From the NCBI RefSeq assembly GCF_001194135.2, contig NC_069004.1, positions 9,145,559 to 9,181,554 of the forward strand: DNA of 35,996 nucleotides, given 5' to 3'. The notes beneath the pieces are model-generated. The model saw only the letters and a program-made list of their open reading frames with translations, made no database searches and was not told the DNA's origin. The position numbers and the translations under genes were made by a program. Source of the stretch: Octopus bimaculoides (taxonomy: Eukaryota). This document shows, piece by piece, positions 12,364-22,891 of this stretch (position 1 is its first letter; every line of letters starts with the position of its first letter).

Positions 12364-13244
12364 CAAGGTGCGATGGGTAAATTGTTACCATTTTATATTT
12401 TTCATTTCGCAAATGCACATTGTTTGTTTTTGATTTTGTCGACTACACAGTATAGTAGGGTTACTATACAGTTGAGCACTGTATGTTAGTAAAACAGTAC
12501 CGTGACGCAATTCACCCAGCCAGAAATTTGGGAACGACATGATGTACTGCTTGGCATTCACACTCGAAGCTGCAATACGAACATTTCAGAGTGTTTTGAT
12601 ATCAGTCTGAGGACATGTACCGAGAGTGATAAAGATAAAGCATCCAGTCAACATCATGGTGTTTGGAGTGATCACTAGTGATGGCAATGTTATGCCTCCA
12701 TTTAACATTCTCACATCACCTCAGACTCAACACGGATGCCTACATCAAGTGCCTGGAAGAGGTAGTGTTGCCCTGGGTTAAGAAGGTAGCTGCTGGAAGA
12801 CCCTATGTCTGACAACAGGACTCTATATCATGTCACACAAGCAGGAGAACTCAGTCATGGTTATCAGACAATTTCTGCGACCACATCACCCCTAACATCT
12901 GGCCACCTAACTCCCCAAACTGCAATCCCTTGATTATTATGTGTGGGGCACAATTGAGCAAGAGACCAACAAAACTCTTTGTAACACCAAAGATGAGTTG
13001 AAGGTAAGGATTATGGCAGCATTCACCAACCTAAACAAGGGGACTGTTCAGAATAGTTGCAGGAGATTCCAAAGTCGTCTGGAGGCCATGGTTGATGTCA
13101 TTGGCGATTTTATTGAATAAATTTACTCTTTAGTATTTCAAGATATTTTAATGCAATTTTGGTAAATATATCTGTTAAAATGAGATGTCAAGTGTTATTT
13201 TCATTTTTGCGTAATTTAGATGACAGTTTATTCACCGCACCCTG
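12364..13244 (+). mobile_element. Non-autonomous maT (DD37D Tc1/mariner) DNA transposon inserted into the Penelope remnant
   Basis: Imperfect TIRs CAAGGTGCGATGGG ... TTCACCGCACCCTG followed by TA. The transposase C-terminal remnant includes QQDS...IWPPNSPNCNPLD, with the family's 37-residue spacing. Confidence 0.8.
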
Positions 13245-13246
13245 TA

Positions 13247-13313
<67 letters not shown>

Positions 13314-13321
13314 ATAAAATC

Positions 13322-13360
<39 letters not shown>

Positions 13361-13968
13361 ATTAGTTATGGGGGAGACAATTTCAATGCCTCTGAAAATG
13401 GTGGAAGAAAGAAAGTAGTAGTTATTCTTTGACCAAATATCTGAACCAAATGTTTGAAACAAGTGGAATCTATTAATGGCAGCCAAAATCCAGGAGGTGA
13501 TATTAAGCCAAATGTTCAGTTACTGTCTACACTACCAAAAATAAGAATGGTCTGTTGTACACAATTTGAGTGTTGCAAATTTACATGGACTTGATTGGAT
13601 ATGCTCCATGTAGATAGATTCCACATGCAGATTTTGTTAGAAAATAAGAATGCACTCAGTACAGGCTGCAAAAATGTTTGCATGAGGATTGGCCATAAAA
13701 GCTGCCAAAATTACAGACACACACAAGGAGGTTGGACGCCTTTTCTCTCCTTGAATACGCCAGCTGGTAGAAACCACAGTAAAAAATGAGACAAAGGATG
13801 ATGACAAGTGAAACAAGAGGAGACTCATCGAACCAACCAATGAAAAAAGCATGTAGATATGTAAAATGATGATGACAATGTCAAAGACAAAGATGATAAG
13901 AAAGACATCAACACAAACAATGATGATGGTAAGAAACATTCCACCTATACTTTCTGTTGAAATAATGC

Positions 13969-13974
13969 TTTATT
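13969..13974 (-). terminator. Poly(A) signal AATAAA of exon E
   Basis: Conserved context GTGAAATAAAGCATTATTTCAACAG ~290 nt after the stop, followed by GU/U-rich sequence. Confidence 0.65.
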
Positions 13975-14263
13975 TCACAAAATAATATATAAAATATATA
14001 TTATGCATAGTTATCTAATCTCTAACACTCAAATCATCTCATCTTTTTTTTTTTTTTGTGACAGAGATGATATTTTATGTTTTGGTGTGGTTTCATTTTC
14101 ATATTTCTTTTCTGTTTTTTGTGGGGAGGTTTTTTTAATTTTTTTTTTTATTCTCATTTTTCTGAAATGCTGTCCACACACTTTTGGCCAAAAAAAAAAT
14201 GACATTTGTAAACCTTGAAACATGAATATTCATATAGAATAGATGAAAGTTTAAAATATTGAA

Positions 14264-14780
14264 CTAAAGGTGATGTGACTTTGGTTTTGCAAGTTCCCTT
14301 AAGCGTTCACTAGCAACCACATGCTGTGTGGTGGGGCTCACTTTGAAAGGGTTGTGTGTTTCCTTAACAAATCTCCTAGAAGGTGGAGCGCTTAGTTCTC
14401 CCACTCTTGATGAAGCTGTCTTGAGAGGTAGGGGGTAAATCAATTGACTCGTGCGAGTAGGAAGTAACAACTTGCTTATTCCTAACTTTTCCAATCTTGC
14501 ACTAGTTGTACTGCTGCTAATAGAAGCTTGTCTAATTTCATACAACTTGCGTTTCTGAAATTCCTCAAGTTTAGCAGTTACTTTGCGTGGTACCGGTGCA
14601 GCAAGTACACGAATTCGATGTGATGGTATTGCATTTCTGGCTGATATTGGTACTTCAGTTTGCACTGGTTTTGGTTCTAGAAATTGTGGATGGGGTTTCT
14701 TTGAAACTGCAAGGTCAATCACTCTCGGACTGCAATTAGCATTCAGGGCAGCAGTAGACACTGGCCACTGGGCTGACTCT
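14264..14780 (-). CDS. THEG: THEG-like terminal exon E (most proximal); (R)ESAQWPVSTAALNANCSPRVIDLAVSK...ASERLRELAKPKSHHL*
   Basis: Acceptor TTGTGTTTCTTTCAG at 14781, phase 2, and open to TAG. It holds five S-x-R-(ILV)-x-x-L-(AS)-x-(PS)-K repeats spaced ~30-40 aa, resembling the THEG repeat. It has an in-frame 6-codon deletion relative to the other copies. The ORF-track M is a GTG inside the exon. Confidence 0.8.
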
Positions 14781-14944
14781 CTGAAAGAAACACAACTTGT
14801 TTTATGAGAAAGACTAAGATTGGCTGTCGTTTATATCAGAGTTCGGCAAAGGGGTCAATATTCATTATCCGAGTGGTCAATAAACACCTGAAACAATTTG
14901 TGCATTTGGTGTGTTGAATTATTCTCAATATAACATGACAGGAT

Positions 14945-15175
14945 TTAAAGTGGTGAACTGGTTGAATCAATAGCATGCCAAGCATAATTCTTGGCAGCAT
15001 TTCATCCATCTTTACATTCTGAGTTCAAATTCCACTGAGGTTGACTTTGCCTTTCATCCTTTCGGAATTGATAAAATAAGTACCAGCTGAACATTGTAGT
15101 CGATATAATCGACTTACCTTCATCCCCGAAATTGTTGGCCTTGTATCAATATTTGTATCAAAATTTGAAATCAGT
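14945..15175 (+). repeat. SINE-like interspersed repeat
   Basis: TTCTGAGTTCAAATTCCACTGAGGTTGACTTTGCCTTTCATCC...AAATAAGTACCAG; a related minus-strand copy lies at ~18000-18120. Confidence 0.6.
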
Positions 15176-15923
15176 ATAATATGAGTTGAATTTTAAGTAT
15201 TTTCAAGAAATTTCTTATCAGAAAGTGGTTAATGATACAAAAGAACACATGAACTGTTGTTGTTTCTTTTTCTTTGTAATGGAAAAAATTTTTTATAATA
15301 CTTTTCGATTCTATTATAGAAATTTCCACGATAGAAGTCAATAAGTTCTCGACAATTCCATAAAGGGGCCAATAATATTAGGAACTGGCTGACCCTCAGT
15401 TTTGATGATCATTTCCACAAGTACCTTTACTATTTTGAGAACATCACCCAGTCGTTCTCAAAATCTATTGAAACACCTTTCTGTTTATGAAATCCCCTTA
15501 AATCACAATTTGACCTTCATTTGCAAAAACAGGGAACGATACAGAATTTTTTTCCCTAGCATGCCTTTCTTTCCCTTGTTTAATGAGAGCATGCTAGATG
15601 AAAACTTAAGTCATCATTATACAAAAACAGATCTTTGTTTATTAATCGATGTCTGTAAATATGTCTAATTATTGAGCCGTTCGCTGTCTAAAAGATAACA
15701 TGAAATATTACCTGACTTGGCAACAGGTGAGAGTGGATTCACATCAGGAAGAACACCTGGCTGAAAAAAAAAACCTGCTTCAACAACATTTGTCAGATTA
15801 GAACCACGTAACCGTGTAAGCATGACAAGAGGACATTAAACAGATGATGATGACAATGATGGTGGTGGTGGTGGTGGTGGTGGTGGTTGAGGCACTGGTG
15901 AAAAGAAAAGAATTCAAACATAC

Positions 15924-15990
15924 CTGGGTGGAACATATCTTGCGTGTAATTGCTTGGATTGAGAAAGAACCATAAGTCTTTGAGACACTG
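15924..15990 (-). CDS. THEG: Constant internal exon (67 nt, phase 1 to phase 2) of the THEG-like gene, (A)VSQRLMVLSQSKQLHARYVPP(R)
   Basis: Acceptor TATCTTTACCATTCTCTCTAATCTGCAG and donor CCCAG|GTATGT. The translation is a THEG-type repeat that aligns with SPRVIDLAVSKKFHPLFIAPR of the terminal exons. Its final AG joins the first base (A or G) of each terminal exon to make Arg (AGA/AGG) in frame. Confidence 0.8.
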
Positions 15991-16919
15991 CTGCAGATTA
16001 GAGAGAATGGTAAAGATATAGTGTGTTAAAAGTGGATCGCTACACATTTGTGCATGTGTGTGTGTGTGTGAATATGTGAGAATGTGTATGCATAGCCTTG
16101 CGTATCTCTGAGACTGAGTGTGTCTCTCCTTGCTGTCATTTAACCCTAGGTTAGCCCTAATCCTGTAGACCTATGACCAAAAACACTCCAGATGTGACCA
16201 TCCCTTTCTTTCTTTTTTTTTTAAGTGCATCTGAATGACCTTATCCAATATGTCCTTTCAACTTCTAAAATTTTTTTGTAAGACAGCAGTGATACAGGGG
16301 AGACATAGCTGCTATTTCTAGCAAGTCAAAGGAACCTGTACAGCAATGGCACTCAATCTTTTTAACTTCATGTGGTATTAGAGATCGGGCACTAATGATC
16401 AGTTTTCAAATTGACTGATATTCTTGCCTATATATATATATATATGTATGTATGTATGTATTATTTATTTAAAAGCAGCAGAAATGTAACAAAAAACTGT
16501 TACTCGGAGTTTCACGTTCCCGTTCATTGGACAGTTTTGTTAGAAAATCTAACAAAGCTGTCCGATGAACGGGAACATGAAACTCCGAGTAACAGTTTTT
16601 TGTTATATTTCTGCTGCTTTTAAATAAAGCATATTACTCTACCTCTGGTATTTGAGTACTCTTTTTTCTACCTTGTTGCACATTTATGTGCTTACTCCGG
16701 TNNNNNNNNNNNNNNNNNNNNNNNNNNNNNNNNNNNNNNNNNNNNNNNNNNNNNNNNNNNNNNNNNNNNNNNNNNNNNNNNNNNNNNNNNNNNNNNNNNN
16801 NNNNNNNNNNNNNNNNNNNNNNNNNNNNNNNNNNNNNNNNNNNNNNNNNNNNNNNNNNNNNNNNNNNNNNNNNNNNNNNNNNNNNNNNNNNNNNNNNNNN
16901 NNNNNNNNNNNNNNNNNNN

Positions 16920-17945
16920 AGAATTGGTCCATTCATACTGGCCATCTTTCCAACATTCACCACCTTTCAACAAATTTGCCATGAGACAATACTTCTGTCT
17001 CTGCTCTCACCTTCCTTTTCAAGTGGAATTTGAAAAAGTTGATGAGGCCTTGGCCAAAGAGGAAAGTGTCTGACTTTAGCCCTTTCAAACGGGTCCACCA
17101 TACCACCTCTTTTGCTAAAGCCACCAGACAAATGAAAATTGCCTTTCCCTCCCGGTTAAAAGTCAGTGGGGTAATCTTCACTATGGATTCAGCTGATAGC
17201 CGGATCCGTCTTACACGCGACAGTAGCTTTTCAACATAAACCCACAGGTCAGCAATACTCGGGCACTGGACGAGTGCGTGCAGAATGATTTCGTTGCTCT
17301 GAGTGCACCTCAGGCAGGCCTGGCTGATGGCACGTCCGTGCTGGTAGAGTTTATCCCGAACAGGCAGCGCCCCTCGGTAGCAGTGTCAGGCAAGGGACTT
17401 TTGGAAGTTATCCATGGGCCTCGGCCTGAAAGTTCCGCCAAATAGACTGCTTAGCTGGTCATCGTCGACACCTAGAGTTTTCCTGAGAATGTCATCACAC
17501 TTTTCCTGCACTAACCCTTTATAGAACGCTAGAGTGGAACTACTACTGATCGCATTGCAGGCCTGTCGGAGGGCGGTGAGAGCTTGACAGCACTCGAGGT
17601 GCGAAGCGCCCTTTCCTAGTCTATGTTTGATCCAAGATTGCAGCTCAATCAAAGATACGAGCTGTGAAAAGGAGAGCCTGACGAACGGCGACCACACCTG
17701 CTTACCATCCAGGAAAGGCTTGGGATGCCGTAGCCTGAGTGAATGTCTGCACATCAGCAACCACGGCAGGCCCAGACCTCTGCTCAGTGGCTGTTGACAG
17801 CAGATGGAGCACCCCTTCCACAGACAGTCAAAGAGCAAGCGTACCAGCTTGGCCAACCAGCAGTCAGGACGAGGGACGACAGTCAAGCGGTAATAGATGA
17901 CGGATGTGATGTACGCATTCGCCATAAAAATGGTTTCAAATTTTG
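16920..17945 (-). mobile_element. Tx1/L1-clade LINE 3' fragment (post-RT region with CCHC knuckle)
   Basis: ANAYITSVIYYRLTVVP...LFDCLWKG...GLGLP..., then CLRCTQSNEIILHALVQCP (CCHC) and IFICLVALAKEVVWW. Interrupted by a stop. Confidence 0.8.
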
Positions 17946-18502
17946 GGACCAGGCCCCAGGAATTTTAATGGAGGAGTTAAGTCAATTACATCAACCCCAG
18001 TGTTCAACTGGTACTTATTCTACTGACTCTAAATGGATGAAGGTCAAACCTGACCCCCAGCAGTATTTGAATCCAGAACATAAAGTATTTTGTCCAAAAT
18101 GCCAATCTGCCAGGTTGTCACCATCACTGATGATGATGATGATGATGGCGATGATGATGAGGATTTCTTTTATTGGCCACAAGGACCCAAGACATGGAGG
18201 ACAATATTGAAGGATAAGTTACAGCACAAAAAAATGTAAACTGACTGGCTGGTGTAGTGTGTTCTTGAGCAAGGCACTTCATTTCACATTGCTCCAGTTC
18301 CCCTTTTTCTATCAGTGGGGAATGTTGGCCTGCTCACCTAGCCATCAGGGTGTCATTATTTGAAGGCTAAAACAATACAAAAGCACATTGTGACCAGCGA
18401 TGTGTAACAACATCTGATAGCCTGGTCGGTCATGTGATCATGCGATAAATAAACCAGAATTACATTTGACAGAATAATCCGAATACTAAAAGGTTAACTT
18501 AC

Positions 18503-18506
18503 CCAT
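18503..18506 (-). CDS. Candidate start-codon exon end (ATG + G, phase 1) of the THEG-like gene; 5' boundary unknown
   Basis: Minus strand reads CAGCCAGCATC-ATG-G|GTAAGT, with a perfect donor, A at -3 and G at +4. Phase 1 matches the 67-nt exon at 15990 (G|CA = Ala), giving MAVSQRL... Additional exons could lie in the N-gap at 16702-16919 or further upstream. Confidence 0.5.
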
Positions 18507-18549
18507 GATGCTGGCTGTTTGATAATTACTAGTTTTCAGAAAGGAATAC

Positions 18550-18652
18550 AATTCACTGCTGGGGTATATGAATCCCTGCTGGAGTATATAACTCACTGCT
18601 AGTGTGTATATACCTCACTGCTAGTGTGTATAATTCGCTGCTGATGTATAAT
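18550..18652. repeat. Five degenerate ~20-22-bp tandem units (ACTCACTGCTAGTGTGTATA-like)
   Basis: Directly visible tandem units ~45-150 nt upstream of the candidate ATG on the minus strand. Confidence 0.7.
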
Positions 18653-18754
18653 AATTGAGGCAGATCTGTTTGTGAGTAAAAAAAATATAAATAAATAAAT
18701 AACGAAATAAAAGCAACAATGTTAAACTGATATATTCTTTTTACGCTTTTACTT

Positions 18755-19143
18755 GTTTCAGTCATTTGATTGTGGCCATGCTGGAGCACCGCCTTTAGTT
18801 GAGCAAATCGACCCCAGGACTTATTCTTTGGAAGCTTAGTACTTATTCTATCATACTCTTTTGCCGAACCGCTAAGTTACGGGGACGTAAACACACCACC
18901 ATCGGTTGTCAAGCGATGCTGGGGGGACAAACACAGACACACAAACATATACACACACATACATACATATACATATATACGACGGGCTTCTTTCAGTTTC
19001 TGTCTACCAAATCCACTCACAAGGCTTTGGTCGGCCTGAGGCTATAGTAGGAGACACTTGCCCAAAGTGCCACGCAATGGGAATGAACCCGGAACCATGT
19101 GGTTGGTAAGCAAGCTACTTACCACACAGCCACTCCTGCGCCT
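18755..19143 (-). repeat. Full-length tRNA-derived SINE
   Basis: Same head as 1967, central (TA/CA)n tract, and tail shared with 22900-23120. Confidence 0.75.
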
Positions 19144-20490
19144 ATGACACATTTTTTTTACAGATTTTGGCAGAAAAATCTCCCATATTTTACATAGCTA
19201 CTGCTTTGGTGCTAGTAAAGTCAAGTAGTTTATAATAATCCTTTCTACTTTAGACACAAGGCCTGAAATTTGTGGGCTGACAATAACCTCAATGAATGGA
19301 AAATATTTGTCAACACATGCCTTCTTGCAGACAAAAGAGTTCTCATGCTTGGCTTGTTACTATGGAAAAAGACATGAATGTGTCAGTGGCTTACGATTGG
19401 TTAAAATTACCCCAAATTTGCAAACTTTAAAAGCTAATAACTCTTTATTTATCGATTCATTGTGAAAATGAATCTGAAACCATGTTATTATACTGAATAT
19501 GAAATCAGTTTGAGCAGAAATTGAAGAGATTGAAAACTGGCAGCCAAAGAGAATAGATCTCCTCTTCCTTGCCATCCTCTGAGGCAAATTCCTCTTCCAT
19601 TTTGTCTGTAGAGACCATGAAATAGACTGACAAGCCTTTTTAGATATTACTTGTTATTTATTGTTTTATTCACCAATATATTTAGATAACTTCAAAACTG
19701 TTTCTCACTGACACAATATTGAATAATGAAACCTTTTTACGCACCTGCACTAGTTTTACCAAAACGTAAATTTTCCACTTCCTGTCTTCAGTGAAACTCT
19801 TAGAATATTCCAGAAACTTGATTTGTTTTTTTTATTTTCTTTAGTTTTTTTTCTCCTCCCCTTTTAGTTCTAAAAGCATAAAAAAAAGTAGTTGCATTCA
19901 TAAAAGATGGAATCAACAGACGGACAATTCTATTACCTGCCAGTGGCATGCAGTCTGGCACTGAATGCCCGTTGATTTTTATATAACTCGAAAATCAATT
20001 TAAGAATGTAATGTATTTATAACCACATTGAAAAGTTGTCCAAATCACTGGAAACTGAGTTAAAATAGTTATTTGGTTTCAAAGGGGATCCATCCAGATT
20101 GATACTTTGCTGTGTTTCCATTTTACTTCCACTAGGCATGCTTAAAGAAAAATGCATAGGAAATCTTTTGTCCCCCATTTCCTATCTTTCAATAACTATC
20201 ATTTCAATGCCTGTAAGATTCTTTTTCATCTCCATAAAATAACTACAGAAGGCACGTTTTGGCTTCCCCTCCCTTTCTATCAGTTCCTCTTTGTCAACAA
20301 TTCTTTGTAATTGATGTCACTAATGCAATAGGCTAAATGGTCAAATGGGTTTGACTTTTTGACCCCTAAAAATTCTGACTGAAACATATCAACAATCCCT
20401 TAATTCTTAATGAGTCAGCTCAAATGTTGCTGTGACTCTGGAATATCTATTTCACTCTGTTGTAAGTTTTGAAATTATTATTATTATTAA

Positions 20491-21005
20491 CCATCCTCTG
20501 CACTGTTAAAAAAAGTATGGAGCGCAAGTGTAATTTTAATAAAGAACAAAATAAGAATTTTTAACACTAACGTAAAAGCGGGGTTATTGTATGGGGCTGA
20601 GACATGGCAAACAACAGTTAAGTCAAATAAGCAAATACAATCATTCATTAACAGGTGCTTGCATAGTATACTTAAAATCAGATGGCCCGAACACATAAGC
20701 AATATGGAGCTATGGCAAAGAACGAATCAAGTTTCAATTAGGGAGCAAATATTTAAGAGAAAGTGGAAGTGGATTCATAGCACAATTAGAAAAGACACAC
20801 CAAATGTAGTGAAAAGTGCTTTACAGTGGAATCCGGATGGATATAGAAAGAGGGGTAGGCCTAAGAACTCGTAGTGTAGATCAACACAAAAGGAACTAGA
20901 GAGAGGGGGACATTCATGGCAGAGTACAGAAGCGAGAAATTATGTGACATGGAATTCAATTATAAGTGGCCTATACTCGAGTTGGAGGGTTAAAGGCAAG
21001 AAAGA
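20491..21005 (+). mobile_element. RTE-clade LINE 3' end
   Basis: NTNVKAGLLYGAETW...FINRCLHSILKIRWPEHISNMELWQRT...KRKWKWI...ALQWNPDGYRKRGRPKNS is a classic RTE ORF C-terminus. Confidence 0.85.
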
Positions 21006-22630
21006 AAAAAAAAGAAAAAAATCCCCTGCACTGAACAAAAACATTCTGAAATCAGAATTATAATACAGCTGATTAATCTTTGATTGATTTACAAAAATTA
21101 TCTTTCTGTTTTGTTGAAACTGATTTACAATTCACGATTGCAGTAAAATGAGGTATACTGTGACAACGTGAAATGAAAGTGTTCAGTTTTTTTGTTTTTT
21201 TACAACTGAAAGTGATTTTTTTTCTACAAAATGAAACTTGTAAGTTACAAAAAATATGAGAGCAGAAATAAGTCAAATCTCCAACAAACTCTTCTTTACA
21301 ACTTTGTCACAGTATTTCTCATTTTACTGCGGGAAACTTCTCTGAAAGAAATCTTTGCAGAAAAGTGAGTAGATTGATTACATATTTCTTTCATTATTTT
21401 ATCGCAGTTTTTTTGCCCAGCGAATTCCTGCGAGATTTGGCTGCTATTTCTAGTATATGGGTAGCCTGCCTGATGGCCGTAAAATCAGGAGGGGAGAGGT
21501 TGGGTTNNNNNNNNNNNNNNNNNNNNNNNNNNNNNNNNNNNNNNNNNNNNNNNNNNNNNNNNNNNNNNNNNNNNNNNNNNNNNNNNNNNNNNNNNNNNNN
21601 NNNNNNNNNNNTTTTTTTTTTTTTTTTTTTTTTTTTTTTGAAAACTGAAATTTTACAAGGAATTTTTTTTCAGAATCACAATCTCTGTATTTTTCTATGT
21701 ATTTCCCCCACCAAAAAAATTTCTGAAAAAAGTGAAAAATGGTGGGAAATTGAAATTTTGAAGTTGCAATTTTCGCCAATTTTTTTTTCAGAACTGGAAT
21801 CTCCATAACCAAAAATGTGGGTTTCCATAAAAAAAATTTTTTTTTAAAGTGGGGTGGGAGGGTTCAGTTACATCTCCGCCATGTGCACCAAGTATTTATT
21901 GTCTGACTAACTTCGTAAGTCACCGCATGTCACTGTTACCTACTATTGTTGTTGTTGTTTTCTGTGTAGTTCTTGTTTATCACCACTACCACCATCAGTT
22001 CAGCCCCAACGAAGTAGATTTATAATCAAGACATCCCACCCATGACCATTCAGATCTTTGTTTTTATCTTTTATCTCTTCTTTTTGACTTGTTGCTGTCA
22101 CTGGACTGCGGCCATGCTGGGGCACAGCCTTGAAGAGTTTAGTCAAACAAATTGACCCCAGTACTTATTCATTTATTCTTTTTTCCCAGTTCTTATTTTA
22201 TCAGCCCCTTTTGTTGAACAGCTAGGTTACAGGGACGTAAACAAACCAACACCACTTGCCAATTGGTGATGGGAGACAAACACATACACAAAAACAAACA
22301 CACATTGATATATACATATATGAATATATATGATGGACTCTCTTGTTGAAGACAACATGTAGCTGAATGACCTGCACAAATGATTTGTTTATAATAATAG
22401 TCAAATGTTTGTGCCGCACATTAGTTCATTCTCTCCATCAAATCAACACTGTCTGAACAGGTGCACAGGTGTACCATATGTCAGGTGTTGAAGCGATCGC
22501 ATGACAACATCAGATGAAGTGTTTTGCTCAAGAAGACAACACACCACCACCTGCTCTAGGAATTGAAACCATGATCTCGCAATCATGAGTGCAACACTCT
22601 TACCACTAGGCCACGTATATATCTATATAT

Positions 22631-22802
22631 AGGTGCAGGAGTGGCTATGTGGTAAGTAGCTTACTTACCAACCACATAGTCCTGGGTTCAGTTCCACTGC
22701 ATGGTACCTTGAGCAAGTGTCTTCTATTATAGTCTCAGGCGAACCAAAGCCTCATTAGTGGATTTGGTAAACAGAAACTGAAAGAAGCCTATCGTGTGTG
22801 TA

Positions 22803-22891
<89 letters not shown>

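Noticed and set aside
3700-13939. Recurrent hydrophobic ORFs (MFLAIVIV..., 3700, 7939, 9583, 13637) as a membrane-protein family
   Set aside because: They lie in the duplicated flank just after the poly(A) sites, differ in frame and length between copies, and derive from (GAT/CAT)n-like sequence.
4189-14761. Treating the five 165-171 aa ORFs as independent single-exon genes starting at the ORF-track M
   Set aside because: The M is a GTG in all five, lying 19 nt inside a conserved splice acceptor. The frame extends upstream to the acceptor and matches the phase of the 15924 donor.
15913-15923. Dscam-like docking/selector pairing: UGUUUGAA after the donor vs UUCAAACA upstream of exons A, C and D
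   Set aside because: Only 8 nt in AT-rich sequence, broken in B and absent in E; not distinguishable from chance.
18550-18652. CRISPR-like array
   Set aside because: Head-to-tail degenerate units with no unique spacers, in a eukaryotic context without cas genes.
19409-20470. Short protein-like minus-strand stretches (MEEEFASEDGKEEEIY..., SEFLGVKKSNPFDHLAYCISDINYKELLTKRN*) and donor-like sites at ~19745 and ~19935
   Set aside because: No recognisable family and no consistent exon chain. They may be 5'UTR exons or belong to a neighbouring gene, but this cannot be supported without RNA data.
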